Part shown: positions 27,396-37,609 of the stretch, piece after piece
Position numbering within the stretch: the first letter of the stretch is position 1
How the letters are laid out: each line of letters starts with the position of its first letter
Assembly: GCA_963815455.1 (NCBI GenBank)
Contig: CAWFGO010000001.1
Location: forward strand, 1,504,001 to 1,568,000
From: an uncultured Verrucomicrobiae bacterium
Lineage (GTDB): Bacteria; Verrucomicrobiota; Verrucomicrobiia; Chthoniobacterales; UBA10450
Reading direction: 5' to 3'
Length of the DNA stretch: 64,000 bases
The notes under the pieces: model-generated
Told to the model about the DNA's origin: nothing
The model's database searches: none
Seen by the model: the letters and a program-made list of their open reading frames with translations, nothing else
Translations under genes and position numbers: made by a program

Positions 27396-30155
27396 TCACC
27401 GAAACATGCGCGTCCGCTTGCTCCGATCGGCGGGAATGCCTGAATAGGGTGCGCCAACTTTTCGACGCACCCATTTCTCGAATTCGACCACGCAGTAAGC
27501 GGCCAGACCCACCGCAGTGATGTAGAGCCACGAAGCGCTGTCCAGCGGCGCGGTGTGAAAGAGCCGATTCATCAGAGGGGTGTGCGTGAAGGCGACCTGG
27601 GCGCCGACCATCGCTACGATGCCGGCGTAGACCCAACGATTGCTCCACAGACCCAGGCGGAACATCGAGTCCAGAAGCGAGCGGCAATTGAGCAGGTAAA
27701 AGATTTCCACCATCACAATGACGTTGATCACCGTTGTGCGCGCTTCGACCACGTTCTTACCACGCATTTGCTGCTCCCAAAGAAACGCGCCGAACGCGCC
27801 GACCAGCAAAAGCAGCATGACCAGCCCGGTGCGCATGATGATTGGGAAAGTAAGAATCGGTTGCCCCGGATCGCGCGGCCGCCGGCGCATCAAGTCGTGT
27901 TCCTTGGGCTCGAACACCAGCGTCAAACCCAGAAGAACGGTTGTGGTCATGTTGACCCAAAGCAGTTGCACGGGCAACGCGGGCAGTGCGGTCCCTAGAA
28001 AAATGGCGGTCAGGAGGATGAGTCCCTCGCCGCCATTGGTCGGCAGTGTCCAGACGATGAACTTGGTCAGGTTGTCGAATACGCCGCGGCCTTCCTCCAC
28101 CGCGGCTTCGATGCTGGCAAAATTGTCGTCCGTCAGCAGCATGTCGGCGGCTCCCTTGGCCACGTCAGTTCCAGTAATGCCCATCGCCACACCGATGTCG
28201 GCCTGTTTGAGCGCGGGTGCGTCATTCACCCCATCGCCGGTCATGGCCACGATATGGCCGCGCGCTTGCAGCGCGCGCACAAGTTTGAGCTTCTGCTCAG
28301 GCGCGACCCGGGCAAAGACGGCGGCACGTTCGGCGAGTTCGGGCAGGTCAGTTCCGGAGACCCTTTCCAGCTCCCAACCGGTTACAGCAACCAGGCTGTC
28401 AGCATCGCCGCCACCCAGACCGAGTTGCTGCGCGATGCTGCGGGCGGTGAGAGCATGGTCGCCAGTGATCATCTTCACCTGGATGCCCGCCTCGCGGCAC
28501 TTGCGGACCGAGACTATGGCTTCGGCCCGGGGCGGATCGATCATGCCTTGCAGTCCGAGAAAGGCGAAGCCTTCCCGCACTTGACCGTGCTGAAGCTCCT
28601 GATGGTCGTGCGCGACTTCGCGCCGCGCGAAGGCGAGCACCCGCAGTCCTTTCGCCGCCATTTGCGCAGCGGCGGCGTGGACGGCGTCGGCATCCAGCGG
28701 CACCAGTTCGCCATCGTCACGTAGCGCATGCGAACACCGCTCCAGGAGGCGTTCCACGGACCCTTTTTTGTAAATTAGGCGCGGCTTGCCTTCGCCGCGG
28801 CTGTGCAGCGTAGCCATGAACTGATGCTCGGACTCGAAGGGAATCACGTCGAGCCTCGGATAGGCCGAGTGCGTTTCCGCCGCGGCCAATCCCGCTTTTT
28901 GCGCGGCGACGATGAGCGCGGCTTCCGTCGGGTCGCCTTCGACCTTGAGGCGATCGCCCTCGCGCACAAGCTGCGAATCGTTATTGAGCAAACCGGCCAG
29001 GAGCGTTTCGCGCAAGGCCGCGTGATGATCGAGCGCGGCCCGCCGGCCGTGCGTCAGCACTTCACCACCCGGATCGTAGCCACTGCCAGTTACGTCGTAG
29101 AATTCTCCGCCCGCGAAAATCCGCTGCACCGTCATCTGGTTTTCGGTGAGCGTACCGGTTTTGTCCGAACAGATCACGGTCGTGCTTCCGAGCGCTTCGA
29201 CCGCCGGGAGCTTGCGGATGATGGCGCGGCGTTTCACCATCCGCGCGACGCCGATGGCCAGTGTGATGGTGACGGCGGCTGGCAGGCCTTCGGGAATCGC
29301 GCCGACCGCCATGGCTATAGCGGCCATAAACATCTCATCCGCTTTCTCACCGCGCACCACGCCCATCCCAAAGGTTAGTACCGCCAGTCCGAGGATGATC
29401 CAGAGCAACAGCCTGCTAAATTGAGCGATCTTGCGCGTAAGTGGCGTGGACAGGTCCGCCGCCTCATGAATGAGGCGGGCGATGCGACCGGTCTCGGTCT
29501 GGTTGCCAATGGCCCAGACCACGCCCTCTGCCTGACCGTAAGTGACGAGCGTGCCGGCAAACGCCAGATTTTTTCGCTCGGCCAGAATGGTGCCTAACGG
29601 GAGAGCGCGGGCGTGTTTCTCAACCGGCACCGATTCGCCGGTGAGCGCGGACTCGTCCACCTGCAAGTTGCGCACACGAACCAGGCGCACATCGGCCGGC
29701 ACTTTGTCGCCGGATTGGAGCAGGACCACGTCGCCCGGAACAAGTTCCCCGCAGTTTACTCGCTGCTTGCATCCGTCGCGCCGCACCGTGGCCTCCGTGC
29801 GGACCATCTTCGACAGCGCGTCGATCGCCTTTTCTGCTTTGCTCTCCTGAAGGAAGCCGACAATGGCATTGAAGATCGTCACGCCAAAAATGACGGCCGA
29901 ATCCACAAAATGGCCGAGTAAGGCCGTCACGCCAGCCGCAATGAGCAGGATATACATTAGCGGCTGCGCGAACTGGAGAAAGAAGCGCATCCATTCGCTG
30001 GTACGCTTCGGTGCCGTCAACTCGTTCCGGCCAAACTGCCGGCGTCGCGCCTCGACCTCGGCTTGCCTCAACCCGCTGGCCGGATCGCTGTCCAGCAGTC
30101 CGGCAACGTCTTCAATGCGGAGTTGATGCCATGGAGTGTTGGCGACCAAGTGCAT
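27396..30155 (-). CDS. Cation-transporting P-type ATPase (P2, CtpF/PacL-like)
   Basis: TGES, IPEGLP, DKTGTLT, MITGDH, GDGVND, LWVNMTT. Confidence 0.95.
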   Translation of the reverse strand: MHLVANTPWHQLRIEDVAGLLDSDPASGLRQAEVEARRRQFGRNELTAPKRTSEWMRFFLQFAQPLMYILLIAAGVTALLGHFVDSAVIFGVTIFNAIVGFLQESKAEKAIDALSKMVRTEATVRRDGCKQRVNCGELVPGDVVLLQSGDKVPADVRLVRVRNLQVDESALTGESVPVEKHARALPLGTILAERKNLAFAGTLVTYGQAEGVVWAIGNQTETGRIARLIHEAADLSTPLTRKIAQFSRLLLWIILGLAVLTFGMGVVRGEKADEMFMAAIAMAVGAIPEGLPAAVTITLAIGVARMVKRRAIIRKLPAVEALGSTTVICSDKTGTLTENQMTVQRIFAGGEFYDVTGSGYDPGGEVLTHGRRAALDHHAALRETLLAGLLNNDSQLVREGDRLKVEGDPTEAALIVAAQKAGLAAAETHSAYPRLDVIPFESEHQFMATLHSRGEGKPRLIYKKGSVERLLERCSHALRDDGELVPLDADAVHAAAAQMAAKGLRVLAFARREVAHDHQELQHGQVREGFAFLGLQGMIDPPRAEAIVSVRKCREAGIQVKMITGDHALTARSIAQQLGLGGGDADSLVAVTGWELERVSGTDLPELAERAAVFARVAPEQKLKLVRALQARGHIVAMTGDGVNDAPALKQADIGVAMGITGTDVAKGAADMLLTDDNFASIEAAVEEGRGVFDNLTKFIVWTLPTNGGEGLILLTAIFLGTALPALPVQLLWVNMTTTVLLGLTLVFEPKEHDLMRRRPRDPGQPILTFPIIMRTGLVMLLLLVGAFGAFLWEQQMRGKNVVEARTTVINVIVMVEIFYLLNCRSLLDSMFRLGLWSNRWVYAGIVAMVGAQVAFTHTPLMNRLFHTAPLDSASWLYITAVGLAAYCVVEFEKWVRRKVGAPYSGIPADRSKRTRMFR

Positions 30156-30176
30156 CCTTGCAGCCCGCCACGGCGC

Positions 30177-30722
30177 TCAGTGGCTCCGTTTGTTCCTGTG
30201 CTTGAAGCGAAAGATGGCCGGACGCTTTTCTTCCCGCGAAACCGAGCGCTTGGCCGAAGGTATCAAAAATATGGGACAGGACGCGAGCCGCGCGACCCGA
30301 TCGGCGACACTCCCAATCAGGTAACGGTCGAGTCCGCTGAGACCGTGGGTGGAGAGAACAATCGCATCGCATTTCGATTCCCTCGCGGCCGCGACAATTT
30401 GGTCCGCCGGTTGGCCGATCCGGATCTCGATATCCACCGGGACATTCTGGCGAACGTGAGCGTCAGCCAGCGCACCCAAACGCTCCGCCGCTTGCCGCTG
30501 CAACGTCTTATCCAAATCCCGTGATTCTTCGCGGCCGATTCCCAACCATCCGTAATCAACTGGAACAACGTGCAGGATAATCAGCGAACCGCCCGATTGC
30601 CCGGCCAGTTCGGCGGCGTAGCGCAACGCATTCTCAGCAGGAGTCGAAAAATCGACCGGCACCAATAAACGCTGCGGTTTTACGGCGAAACGGTGGTCCT
30701 GTTTGGTGGATTTCTTTTTCAT
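30177..30722 (-). CDS. Universal stress protein, single domain
   Basis: LLVPVDFS, STHGLSGLDRYLIGSVA. Confidence 0.93.
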   Translation of the reverse strand: MKKKSTKQDHRFAVKPQRLLVPVDFSTPAENALRYAAELAGQSGGSLIILHVVPVDYGWLGIGREESRDLDKTLQRQAAERLGALADAHVRQNVPVDIEIRIGQPADQIVAAARESKCDAIVLSTHGLSGLDRYLIGSVADRVARLASCPIFLIPSAKRSVSREEKRPAIFRFKHRNKRSH

Positions 30723-31651
30723 TGTTTCGACGTCTCATTATCAGCGGGCGGGACAACAACCACTGGCACGGTGGCGTGACGCAACACATCGCGGGATACC
30801 GATCCAAATCGCAACCGGTCGAGCCCGCGGCGACCATGGGTGCCCACTACAACAAGATCGACATGGTGACGGCTGGCCATCTCGTACAAGTAACCTTCCG
30901 TGCGTCCCCACCCCGGCTCAACCGTAATCGTGACCTTGTCCGGAGGTAGAAATATGGCAACGCGTTCCGCTACATCCCGTTCGAGAGACTTCTGGATCTC
31001 TTGTGGATTCTCAGTCAAAGGCAGAGCGCCCTGATATTTCAGCCGATGCGCTTCTTCCGGCGGCCAATCGACATGCACCACCTCGATCTCGCACGCGCCG
31101 ACTTCCTGGATCTCCTGTAGCCAGCGCAAGGCAGTGTCGGCGGCGCTTGAGAAATCGTAGCCGACAAGAATCTTCAACGAATGTTCGCCCCGGAGCCAGG
31201 AGTTGAGCCTCGACTTGGGCCGCACCACCAGGGTTGGGATGGACGAAGTCTCGGCCGTGCGCTCGGCCACACTGCCCACCAGCAACCGTTTCGCCAGCCC
31301 GTGTCCAACCGCCCCAACGACAACGAGCCGCCCATTAGATTTGATCGCCACACCAACCAATTCATCAAAGGCCGATCCGGTCAGAAGGTTTTCTTCAACT
31401 GATGTTCCCGCTTTGCGCAACCGCTCGGCTTCGCGTTCAAGTTCGACTCGCTTTTGCGAAAACGTTGCCTCGAACAATTTCGGATCGACCGCCGCCATTC
31501 CTCGAAACTCATCCACATGGACGAGAACCAGTGTTGTTCCGAGCTTCCGGGCGATCGCTGCCGCAATATCCACCGCTTCCACCGCCGCCGCGGAGAAATC
31601 GATCCCGCAGATGATTGGGCGTTCATCTTTGGTTTGCGTTACTCTAGCCAT
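30719..31651 (-). CDS. Universal stress protein, two USP domains
   Basis: IICGIDFS, ILVGYDFS, GTHGRRGLDRLRFGSVS. Confidence 0.93.
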   Translation of the reverse strand: MARVTQTKDERPIICGIDFSAAAVEAVDIAAAIARKLGTTLVLVHVDEFRGMAAVDPKLFEATFSQKRVELEREAERLRKAGTSVEENLLTGSAFDELVGVAIKSNGRLVVVGAVGHGLAKRLLVGSVAERTAETSSIPTLVVRPKSRLNSWLRGEHSLKILVGYDFSSAADTALRWLQEIQEVGACEIEVVHVDWPPEEAHRLKYQGALPLTENPQEIQKSLERDVAERVAIFLPPDKVTITVEPGWGRTEGYLYEMASRHHVDLVVVGTHGRRGLDRLRFGSVSRDVLRHATVPVVVVPPADNETSKQ

Positions 31652-31701
31652 TGGTTTCCTTTCATTTGGACCGCGTCAGTTTTCTAGCGGCTTCTTGTGG
31701 T

Positions 31702-34164
31702 TTACTTCTGCGCTCTTTCCTTGTCTAAAATTGCCAGCGTCGTCTTGATAACCGTGTCGGGGTTTAGCGAGATACTGTCGATCTTTTGTTCCACCAGAAA
31801 TTGCGCGAACTCGGGATAATCGCTCGGGGCCTGGCCGCAAATGCCGATCTTGCGCTTTTTTGACCGCGCGGCTGCGATCACTTGCGCAATCATCTTTTTC
31901 ACCGCCGCGTTTCGTTCGTCGAAAATCCCGGCCACAATCTCGCTGTCCCGATCGACGCCCAGAATGAGTTGTGTCAGATCATTCGATCCGATACTGAACC
32001 CGTCGAAAATCTCCGCGAATTCATCGGCAAGAATCACGTTACTCGGAATTTCGCACATGACATAAAGCTCAAGGCCGTTCTCACCGCGACGGAGGCCGTT
32101 TTTCTCCATCTCGGCGATAACTTTTCGCCCTTCTTCGACGGTACGACAGAATGGGACCATCAGTTTAAGATTGGTGAGTCCCATTTCCTCGCGCACTTTT
32201 TTCATGGCCCGACATTCCAAGGCGAAGCCGGCTTGGTATCGCTGGTTGTAATAGCGCGATGCGCCGCGAAAACCGAGCATCGGATTCTCCTCGATCGGCT
32301 CATAGGCGCGGCCCCCGATCAGATTTGCGTATTCGTTCGTCTTGAAATCGCTTAACCGCACAATCACGTCCTTCGGATAAAACGCGGCCACGATCATGGC
32401 CACACCTTGCGCGAGTTTGTCCACGAAGAATTGCGGCTTGTCGTCATAACCGGCCGTCAGCTTATCGATGTTCGCTTTGACTTCCGCGTTGTTGATCTTC
32501 GCGTAATCGATCAGAGCCAGCGGATGAATCTTGATGTAGTTGCTGATAATGAACTCTTCGCGCGCCAGACCGACGCCATCATTGGGAATAAATGAAAGTG
32601 CAAATGCCTCTTCCGGGTTGGCCACATTCATCATCACTTTCGTGCGTGGACGAGTCAGGCCTTTCAAATTTGTTCGCACCATCTCGAAGGGCAGTTTGCC
32701 TTCGTAAACGAAACCGATGTCGCCCTCCGCGCAGGAAACAGTAACGGTCTGATCATTTCGCAACAGTTCCGTGCCGTGTTCCGTGCCGACAATCGCTGGA
32801 ACGCCCAGCTCGCGACTCACGATCGCCGCGTGACAGGTCCGGCCGCCGCGATTCGTCACGATGGCCGCGGCCCTTTTCATGATCGGCTCCCAATCCGGAT
32901 CGGTCTTATCGGTAACGAGGACTTCGCCCTCCTGAAATTCGTTCAAATGATGCGCGCTCTTAATGACCCGTACCGGACCAGCCGCGATTTTAGATCCGAC
33001 ACTGCGACCCCTTACGAGTAGGCGTCCGCGCTCCTTCAGCCGATAGGTTTCCAGCACGTCGCGATCCCGGCGTGATTCGACCGTTTCCGGCCGGGCTTGA
33101 ACGATGAAAAGTTCGCCGGTGTTTCCATCTTTGGCCCATTCCGTGTCCATGGGCGTCGGCTTGCCCTTGACTGCGCTGTAGTGATCTTCGATCACACAGG
33201 CCCAGCGGGCGAGAGTCAGAATATCGTCGTCGGAAATAGCGAAACGGTTCCGGTCACCGGGCGACACCGGCACATTCTTGACCATTTTTTCGCCGCCAAC
33301 GTCGTAGATCAGTTTGAACTCCTTATTGCCGATCGCTTTCTGAAGGATGGGTCGAAATCCTTTTTTTAACGTCGGTTTGAAAACGTAATATTCGTCCGGG
33401 TTCACCGATCCCTGGACGACGTTCTCGCCGAGCCCGTAAGAGGCGTTGATCAGCACGGCGTCTCGAAACCCGGTCTCGGTATCGATGGTAAACATGATTC
33501 CAGACGCGCTCAAATCGGAGCGGACCATTCGCTGCACCGCGATGGAGAGAGCGATCTTGCCGTGATCGAATCCCTTGTCCGCTCGATAAGAAATGGCGCG
33601 ATCGGTAAACAGCGATGCGAAACAGCGCCGGCAGGCGTCAATCAACGCATGGCGTCCGCGCACATTCAGATATGTTTCCTGCTGACCGGCGAAACTGGCG
33701 TCGGGCAGGTCCTCCGCCGTGGCGCTGCTTCTAACCGCGACGCCTGCGCTAGTCCCACCGGCTTCGCGCAAACGCTCATACGCGCCAATGATTTCCTGCT
33801 CCAGATCGGCCGGAAACTGCGCCGACACAATCGATTCTCGAATCGCCGATCCACAATCGCGCAACGCCTCCAGGTTTTGCGTATTGAGCCCGCGCAGAAG
33901 AGCATCGATCTTCTGGTCGAGCCCGGCCTCGGTCAGAAAATCGCGATAAGCCTGGGCCGTGATGGCAAAACCGTCGGGCACTTTCACTCCCTTCGGGGTC
34001 AGCTCCCGAAACATCTCGCCTAACGAAGCTGTCTTGCCGCCTACGATTGGAACATCTTTGATTCCGATTTCGCGGAACCATTTAATGTAAGAAGATGCCT
34101 TCTCTCCCGACGCCATTTTTCGAGCTTTCGATCCTTGCGCCTCCGGAATTGATGCCGCTTTCAT
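31702..34164 (-). CDS. ppsA: Phosphoenolpyruvate synthase
   Basis: VGGK, VRSSATAED, SFAGQQET, GGRTCHAAI phospho-His, EENPMLGFRG, GSNDLTQ, ICGQAPSD. Confidence 0.98.
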   Translation of the reverse strand: MKAASIPEAQGSKARKMASGEKASSYIKWFREIGIKDVPIVGGKTASLGEMFRELTPKGVKVPDGFAITAQAYRDFLTEAGLDQKIDALLRGLNTQNLEALRDCGSAIRESIVSAQFPADLEQEIIGAYERLREAGGTSAGVAVRSSATAEDLPDASFAGQQETYLNVRGRHALIDACRRCFASLFTDRAISYRADKGFDHGKIALSIAVQRMVRSDLSASGIMFTIDTETGFRDAVLINASYGLGENVVQGSVNPDEYYVFKPTLKKGFRPILQKAIGNKEFKLIYDVGGEKMVKNVPVSPGDRNRFAISDDDILTLARWACVIEDHYSAVKGKPTPMDTEWAKDGNTGELFIVQARPETVESRRDRDVLETYRLKERGRLLVRGRSVGSKIAAGPVRVIKSAHHLNEFQEGEVLVTDKTDPDWEPIMKRAAAIVTNRGGRTCHAAIVSRELGVPAIVGTEHGTELLRNDQTVTVSCAEGDIGFVYEGKLPFEMVRTNLKGLTRPRTKVMMNVANPEEAFALSFIPNDGVGLAREEFIISNYIKIHPLALIDYAKINNAEVKANIDKLTAGYDDKPQFFVDKLAQGVAMIVAAFYPKDVIVRLSDFKTNEYANLIGGRAYEPIEENPMLGFRGASRYYNQRYQAGFALECRAMKKVREEMGLTNLKLMVPFCRTVEEGRKVIAEMEKNGLRRGENGLELYVMCEIPSNVILADEFAEIFDGFSIGSNDLTQLILGVDRDSEIVAGIFDERNAAVKKMIAQVIAAARSKKRKIGICGQAPSDYPEFAQFLVEQKIDSISLNPDTVIKTTLAILDKERAQK

Positions 34165-34216
34165 AATATTACCATCTATTATTATCGCGGGCTGGAGCAG
34201 ACTCTCTTGGCGCTAA

Positions 34217-34240
34217 TTGTGAATCTGCGCGCATTTCTTG
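34217..34240 (-). promoter_or_regulatory. Candidate regulon motif
   Basis: TTGTGAATCTGCGCGCATTTCTTG on +, 53 nt from the ppsA start. Confidence 0.55.
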
Positions 34241-34321
34241 CGGGTCGCACGTGCTGCGCGCAAGCGCCGCAAGCGATTCCAAGACGAACCGCGGCGCCTG
34301 TCGCACAGTAGCCCCTGGAAG

Positions 34322-35179
34322 TCACGCCACTCCGGTTACCGTTGAAAACATCAGACGCCGCGCGATTTGGCGCAGGTAGCTCCGGCCGCGGCGCGCGTTC
34401 GTGATGGTCACGGCGGGATCGGTGTTGCCGGCCATTTCGAGGATAAGAGTTCCCCGGAATCGAATTTCGATTAAGTCCTGCATGAATTTTTCCCAATCGA
34501 TTTTCCCATCACCCGGTGGAGAATGATTGTCGTTCGCGCCGTTGTTGTCGTGGGCGTGAATCATTCGTAAATGCGCGGAAAGTTTGTGGACGAGGGAATG
34601 CATGTCGCCGGCGAGAAAGGCGTGGCCGGTGTCGAGGCAGGCTCCAACTTCAGCGGTGTTAATGCCATCCAGGATCCAGAGGATGTCGCTGGTGTTCCCA
34701 AAAAGCAGATGCGGCAGCTTGTTCTCAAGCACACACAGGATCCCGAGTTCTTTGCAGCGCCGGGCAATCTGATTCAACGATGCGATGACGTTTTGCATGC
34801 GCGGCAATTGCTCTTCGGCTGCTACGGCTGCCGGATTCTCAGGACCGGGATGAAGAACAAAATAGTGCACGTGCAAAAGTGCTGCCGCTTCGGCTGCTTT
34901 AAGAATCTCGGCAATGGAAACGGCTCTCTGCGCCTCGTTGCAGGATGCGATGTCGATGGTGGGCGCAAACGGCGCATGGAAGGAATACGCTTCCATCCCG
35001 AGCTCGTGGATCCGCTCGGCGGCGCGATGGACCGATTTCAGATCGCCATAGTGAAGGTGCTCGGGCGAAGAACAGACCTCGATCATGCTGAAGCCGCTTT
35101 CCCGGATCAGCGGCAAACATTCAAGAATGTTCTGATGGTAAAAACAGCCGGTTGAAAGGCCGATGGGCCAGCTTGTCAT
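34322..35179 (-). CDS. TIM-barrel metalloenzyme (xylose isomerase-like / AP endonuclease 2 family)
   Basis: HAPF, HPG, LEN, DTGH, HAHD, DNH, ILE ligand motifs; AAAGGAG RBS before MTSWPIG. Confidence 0.9.
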   Translation of the reverse strand: MTSWPIGLSTGCFYHQNILECLPLIRESGFSMIEVCSSPEHLHYGDLKSVHRAAERIHELGMEAYSFHAPFAPTIDIASCNEAQRAVSIAEILKAAEAAALLHVHYFVLHPGPENPAAVAAEEQLPRMQNVIASLNQIARRCKELGILCVLENKLPHLLFGNTSDILWILDGINTAEVGACLDTGHAFLAGDMHSLVHKLSAHLRMIHAHDNNGANDNHSPPGDGKIDWEKFMQDLIEIRFRGTLILEMAGNTDPAVTITNARRGRSYLRQIARRLMFSTVTGVA

Positions 35180-36581
35180 GGGCTCTCCTTTCCAATGCGG
35201 ACTCTTTGAAATTAAGCAAATTGAACCCGCAACCTGACAACGTGCAGGTCCCCTGTTCCTGCGCGGAAACGCAATTGAAATCGACCAAGTCGTCGCGTCC
35301 CGAGACAAATAGCCCGGCAAACAGACGGGTGTAAAAATCAGCGCGCGTCGCCCGGTCGTAGCCGTCGAATTGCGTCCATTCGAAGGGGCGCGCGTACTTC
35401 GAAGTAATCAAGCCCGCGATATGCCGCGGGTGCCAACCGAGCGCCAGCAACACACGGACCAGGCGCCGGATGTGGGCCGGCCGGAGCAGAAGATCATTTG
35501 GGAATTGCAACAATGCGTGCGCACAAGCCGGCAAAATTTCAAGCGGGGTGCGATCGTACGTTTCCGGCCACCGTTCCTCCGGCTCCGGTTCCTGCGAATA
35601 GAACCATTGGTGAAACTTCGCCAATGGCGACGCCATATAATCAGAAATGAGATTTTCCGTGCCTGTTACGGCTTCAGGAATTTTTGTCGATGCGGTCCGC
35701 GCCAGTTGAGCCGTCTTTTTCGGATCTCGCATCACCTTGAGTCCATCGCGAGTGCTCATCTGTTGAAGCGGAATAATAAAGAGAGGATGTAACTTCTGGT
35801 GCGCTTCCGCCGCAACCAGATCGCGTTGTTGCCGGGCTTTGAGATAAAAACTAAAGGGCGCCCGAATAATTCTCGTTTGCAGCGGATCGCCGTACTCGGA
35901 GATGTCGATGGAAATCATTTCGCGATCGTAATTGCGTGGCCCCACTTCAACGGCAGTCAGTTCCACCGGGATCGCACAGCGCGGCCCCGCGATTTCCTGA
36001 ATACGATGGGCCAGGAATTCCATGACCATGCCCAGGCCGCTAAATGCTCTGGTCAATTCCTCGGATACACTGGCGCCGTCGGGCGGCTGCGCCTGCGCGC
36101 TGAGTTCCCAGAGACTTGGTGGCCCGCGCCCAATCTCTGTTAATCGCTGGAAGGCGCGCGAGCGTTGGGAGATCTGCCAAACGAAATGATGTCCGCGTCC
36201 ACTCAAAAGATGCAACGGCTCAATCCCATAGCCAGAAAGAAGATCGAGAATGACTTTCTCGACCGGCCCTTGAAGACCGAAAACCGATTTCGGTTCCAGA
36301 AAAGCATTCAGCGGTCGATCGAAATTTACGTATTCAATGTCGAGATCGGCAATCACCGACGTTCGGTCCCACAACGAACGAAAAATCTCCGCGTCCGCCT
36401 CAAAAAATTCATATAACTGGTCCAGAGATTGCGGCTGATGAAGGTGCGGCTCGATTTCATCACCGGTCACCAGATGATGACAGGTGAAATGACCCACCGA
36501 ATCCAGTCCGAGGAAATCTTCAATTCGCGCCCGCACATAAGCGTCCGTGTAATGGTTCGTGACGTGGTCGGTCGCAGTCAT
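35121..36581 (-). CDS. Uncharacterised protein: predicted AEP primase-polymerase domain fused to a PriL-like Cys-rich C-terminal domain
   Basis: ADLDIE (DxD), LSGRGHHF, SIDISEY...RIIRAPFS; C-terminal LPAC...FNCVSAQEQGTCTLSGC. Confidence 0.65.
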   Translation of the reverse strand: MTATDHVTNHYTDAYVRARIEDFLGLDSVGHFTCHHLVTGDEIEPHLHQPQSLDQLYEFFEADAEIFRSLWDRTSVIADLDIEYVNFDRPLNAFLEPKSVFGLQGPVEKVILDLLSGYGIEPLHLLSGRGHHFVWQISQRSRAFQRLTEIGRGPPSLWELSAQAQPPDGASVSEELTRAFSGLGMVMEFLAHRIQEIAGPRCAIPVELTAVEVGPRNYDREMISIDISEYGDPLQTRIIRAPFSFYLKARQQRDLVAAEAHQKLHPLFIIPLQQMSTRDGLKVMRDPKKTAQLARTASTKIPEAVTGTENLISDYMASPLAKFHQWFYSQEPEPEERWPETYDRTPLEILPACAHALLQFPNDLLLRPAHIRRLVRVLLALGWHPRHIAGLITSKYARPFEWTQFDGYDRATRADFYTRLFAGLFVSGRDDLVDFNCVSAQEQGTCTLSGCGFNLLNFKESALERRAHDKLAHRPFNRLFLPSEHS

Positions 36582-36638
36582 AAGCTTTGCTTTTCATGGT
36601 GATCCTATAACTGAGACGATTCGCGCACTGACCGGCAG

Positions 36639-36662
36639 TTGCGTTTTGCTGCGCGAATCTTG
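36639..36662 (-). promoter_or_regulatory. Candidate regulon motif
   Basis: TTGCGTTTTGCTGCGCGAATCTTG on +, 58 nt from the AEP-like gene start; TAGGAT -10-like hexamer at 36602-36607. Confidence 0.55.
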
Positions 36663-36703
36663 CCCGCGTGCGCCGAAACCCGCACGGGACATCACGATGA
36701 CTT

Positions 36704-37609
36704 TCAGATTGCGCCGGCGGACTGAATATCGACAACGCCCCAGAGCATTGACCGATCATCGGCCGCGTGATTTATCGGTGACCGGAGCGCAGGTTCACGG
36801 AAGCTGCGCACCACTGCCACTGCACCGGGCGCGGCAGTTCGTTGCACCGCGGCGAAGAGCCGGCGCTCGTAAGGTGCGTTAGCGCCATCCAGGATGTTGG
36901 AAAGTGAAAATCCGGTGAAGCTGCCGGAGGGTTGACGTTCAAGAAACGCCGCCGCGTCAGCGCATACTAACTGGATCTGCCCGGGCTCGGGAGTTTCCTG
37001 CGTGGACGGGACTTCGCCAAGAAGCAACGCCCGCGCATACGGATTTCTAGAGTTTGGATGCAGAGTGAAACAACGCTCCATCCGGGCCCGCATAGCGGCT
37101 CCGAAGTTCGGCGGCAGACGATCGAGGAATGAAGCCGAGTAAATCAGGCGCAGCATGGGCCGCGAAAATAGAAGATCAAAGGCGCCGCGAAATCGCCGGG
37201 TATCCAGATGGCGACGCCAATAGAAAATCTGCTCCTCCAGATTATCGAAATCGAGGAAGGCTTTCACAGTCCGTCTGCTCCATCCGGCCAAAGGCCCGAG
37301 AGCGCGCAGGAATCTGAGAATACGATCGGCGCTGCCGGTCTGGACGGGAGCGCCGGTTAGGCGCCGTTCGACGTAGGCGATCTGAATCGGGTTGATGTCA
37401 ACCGCCACCACCTTGTGATGGCGGGCAAGCTTCATCGCGGTACAGCCGGCGGATGCGATGCAAAAGATCTGTCCACCCGGCGGGAACGCACCCAGCTCAA
37501 TCGCCGCGTCTTCGTACATCGTCCCAAACAGCAGCTTGCGTCGTCCGGCGCGTGGGCTGAAGCGCCCGTGTTCCCACGCTGTCGCAGGCGTGCTTGAGCT
37601 CAACCCCAT
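36704..37609 (-). CDS. DUF3419/BtaA-like SAM-dependent transferase-fold protein
   Basis: MYED, FCIASAGCTA, VAVDINPIQ, FSLSNILD; start MGLSSST overlaps the upstream gene stop. Confidence 0.7.
   Translation of the reverse strand: MGLSSSTPATAWEHGRFSPRAGRRKLLFGTMYEDAAIELGAFPPGGQIFCIASAGCTAMKLARHHKVVAVDINPIQIAYVERRLTGAPVQTGSADRILRFLRALGPLAGWSRRTVKAFLDFDNLEEQIFYWRRHLDTRRFRGAFDLLFSRPMLRLIYSASFLDRLPPNFGAAMRARMERCFTLHPNSRNPYARALLLGEVPSTQETPEPGQIQLVCADAAAFLERQPSGSFTGFSLSNILDGANAPYERRLFAAVQRTAAPGAVAVVRSFREPALRSPINHAADDRSMLWGVVDIQSAGAI

Noticed and set aside
35121..36581. Prophage or plasmid replication module around the AEP-like gene
   Set aside because: No helicase, integrase, structural or partition genes nearby; the gene shares the island promoter motif
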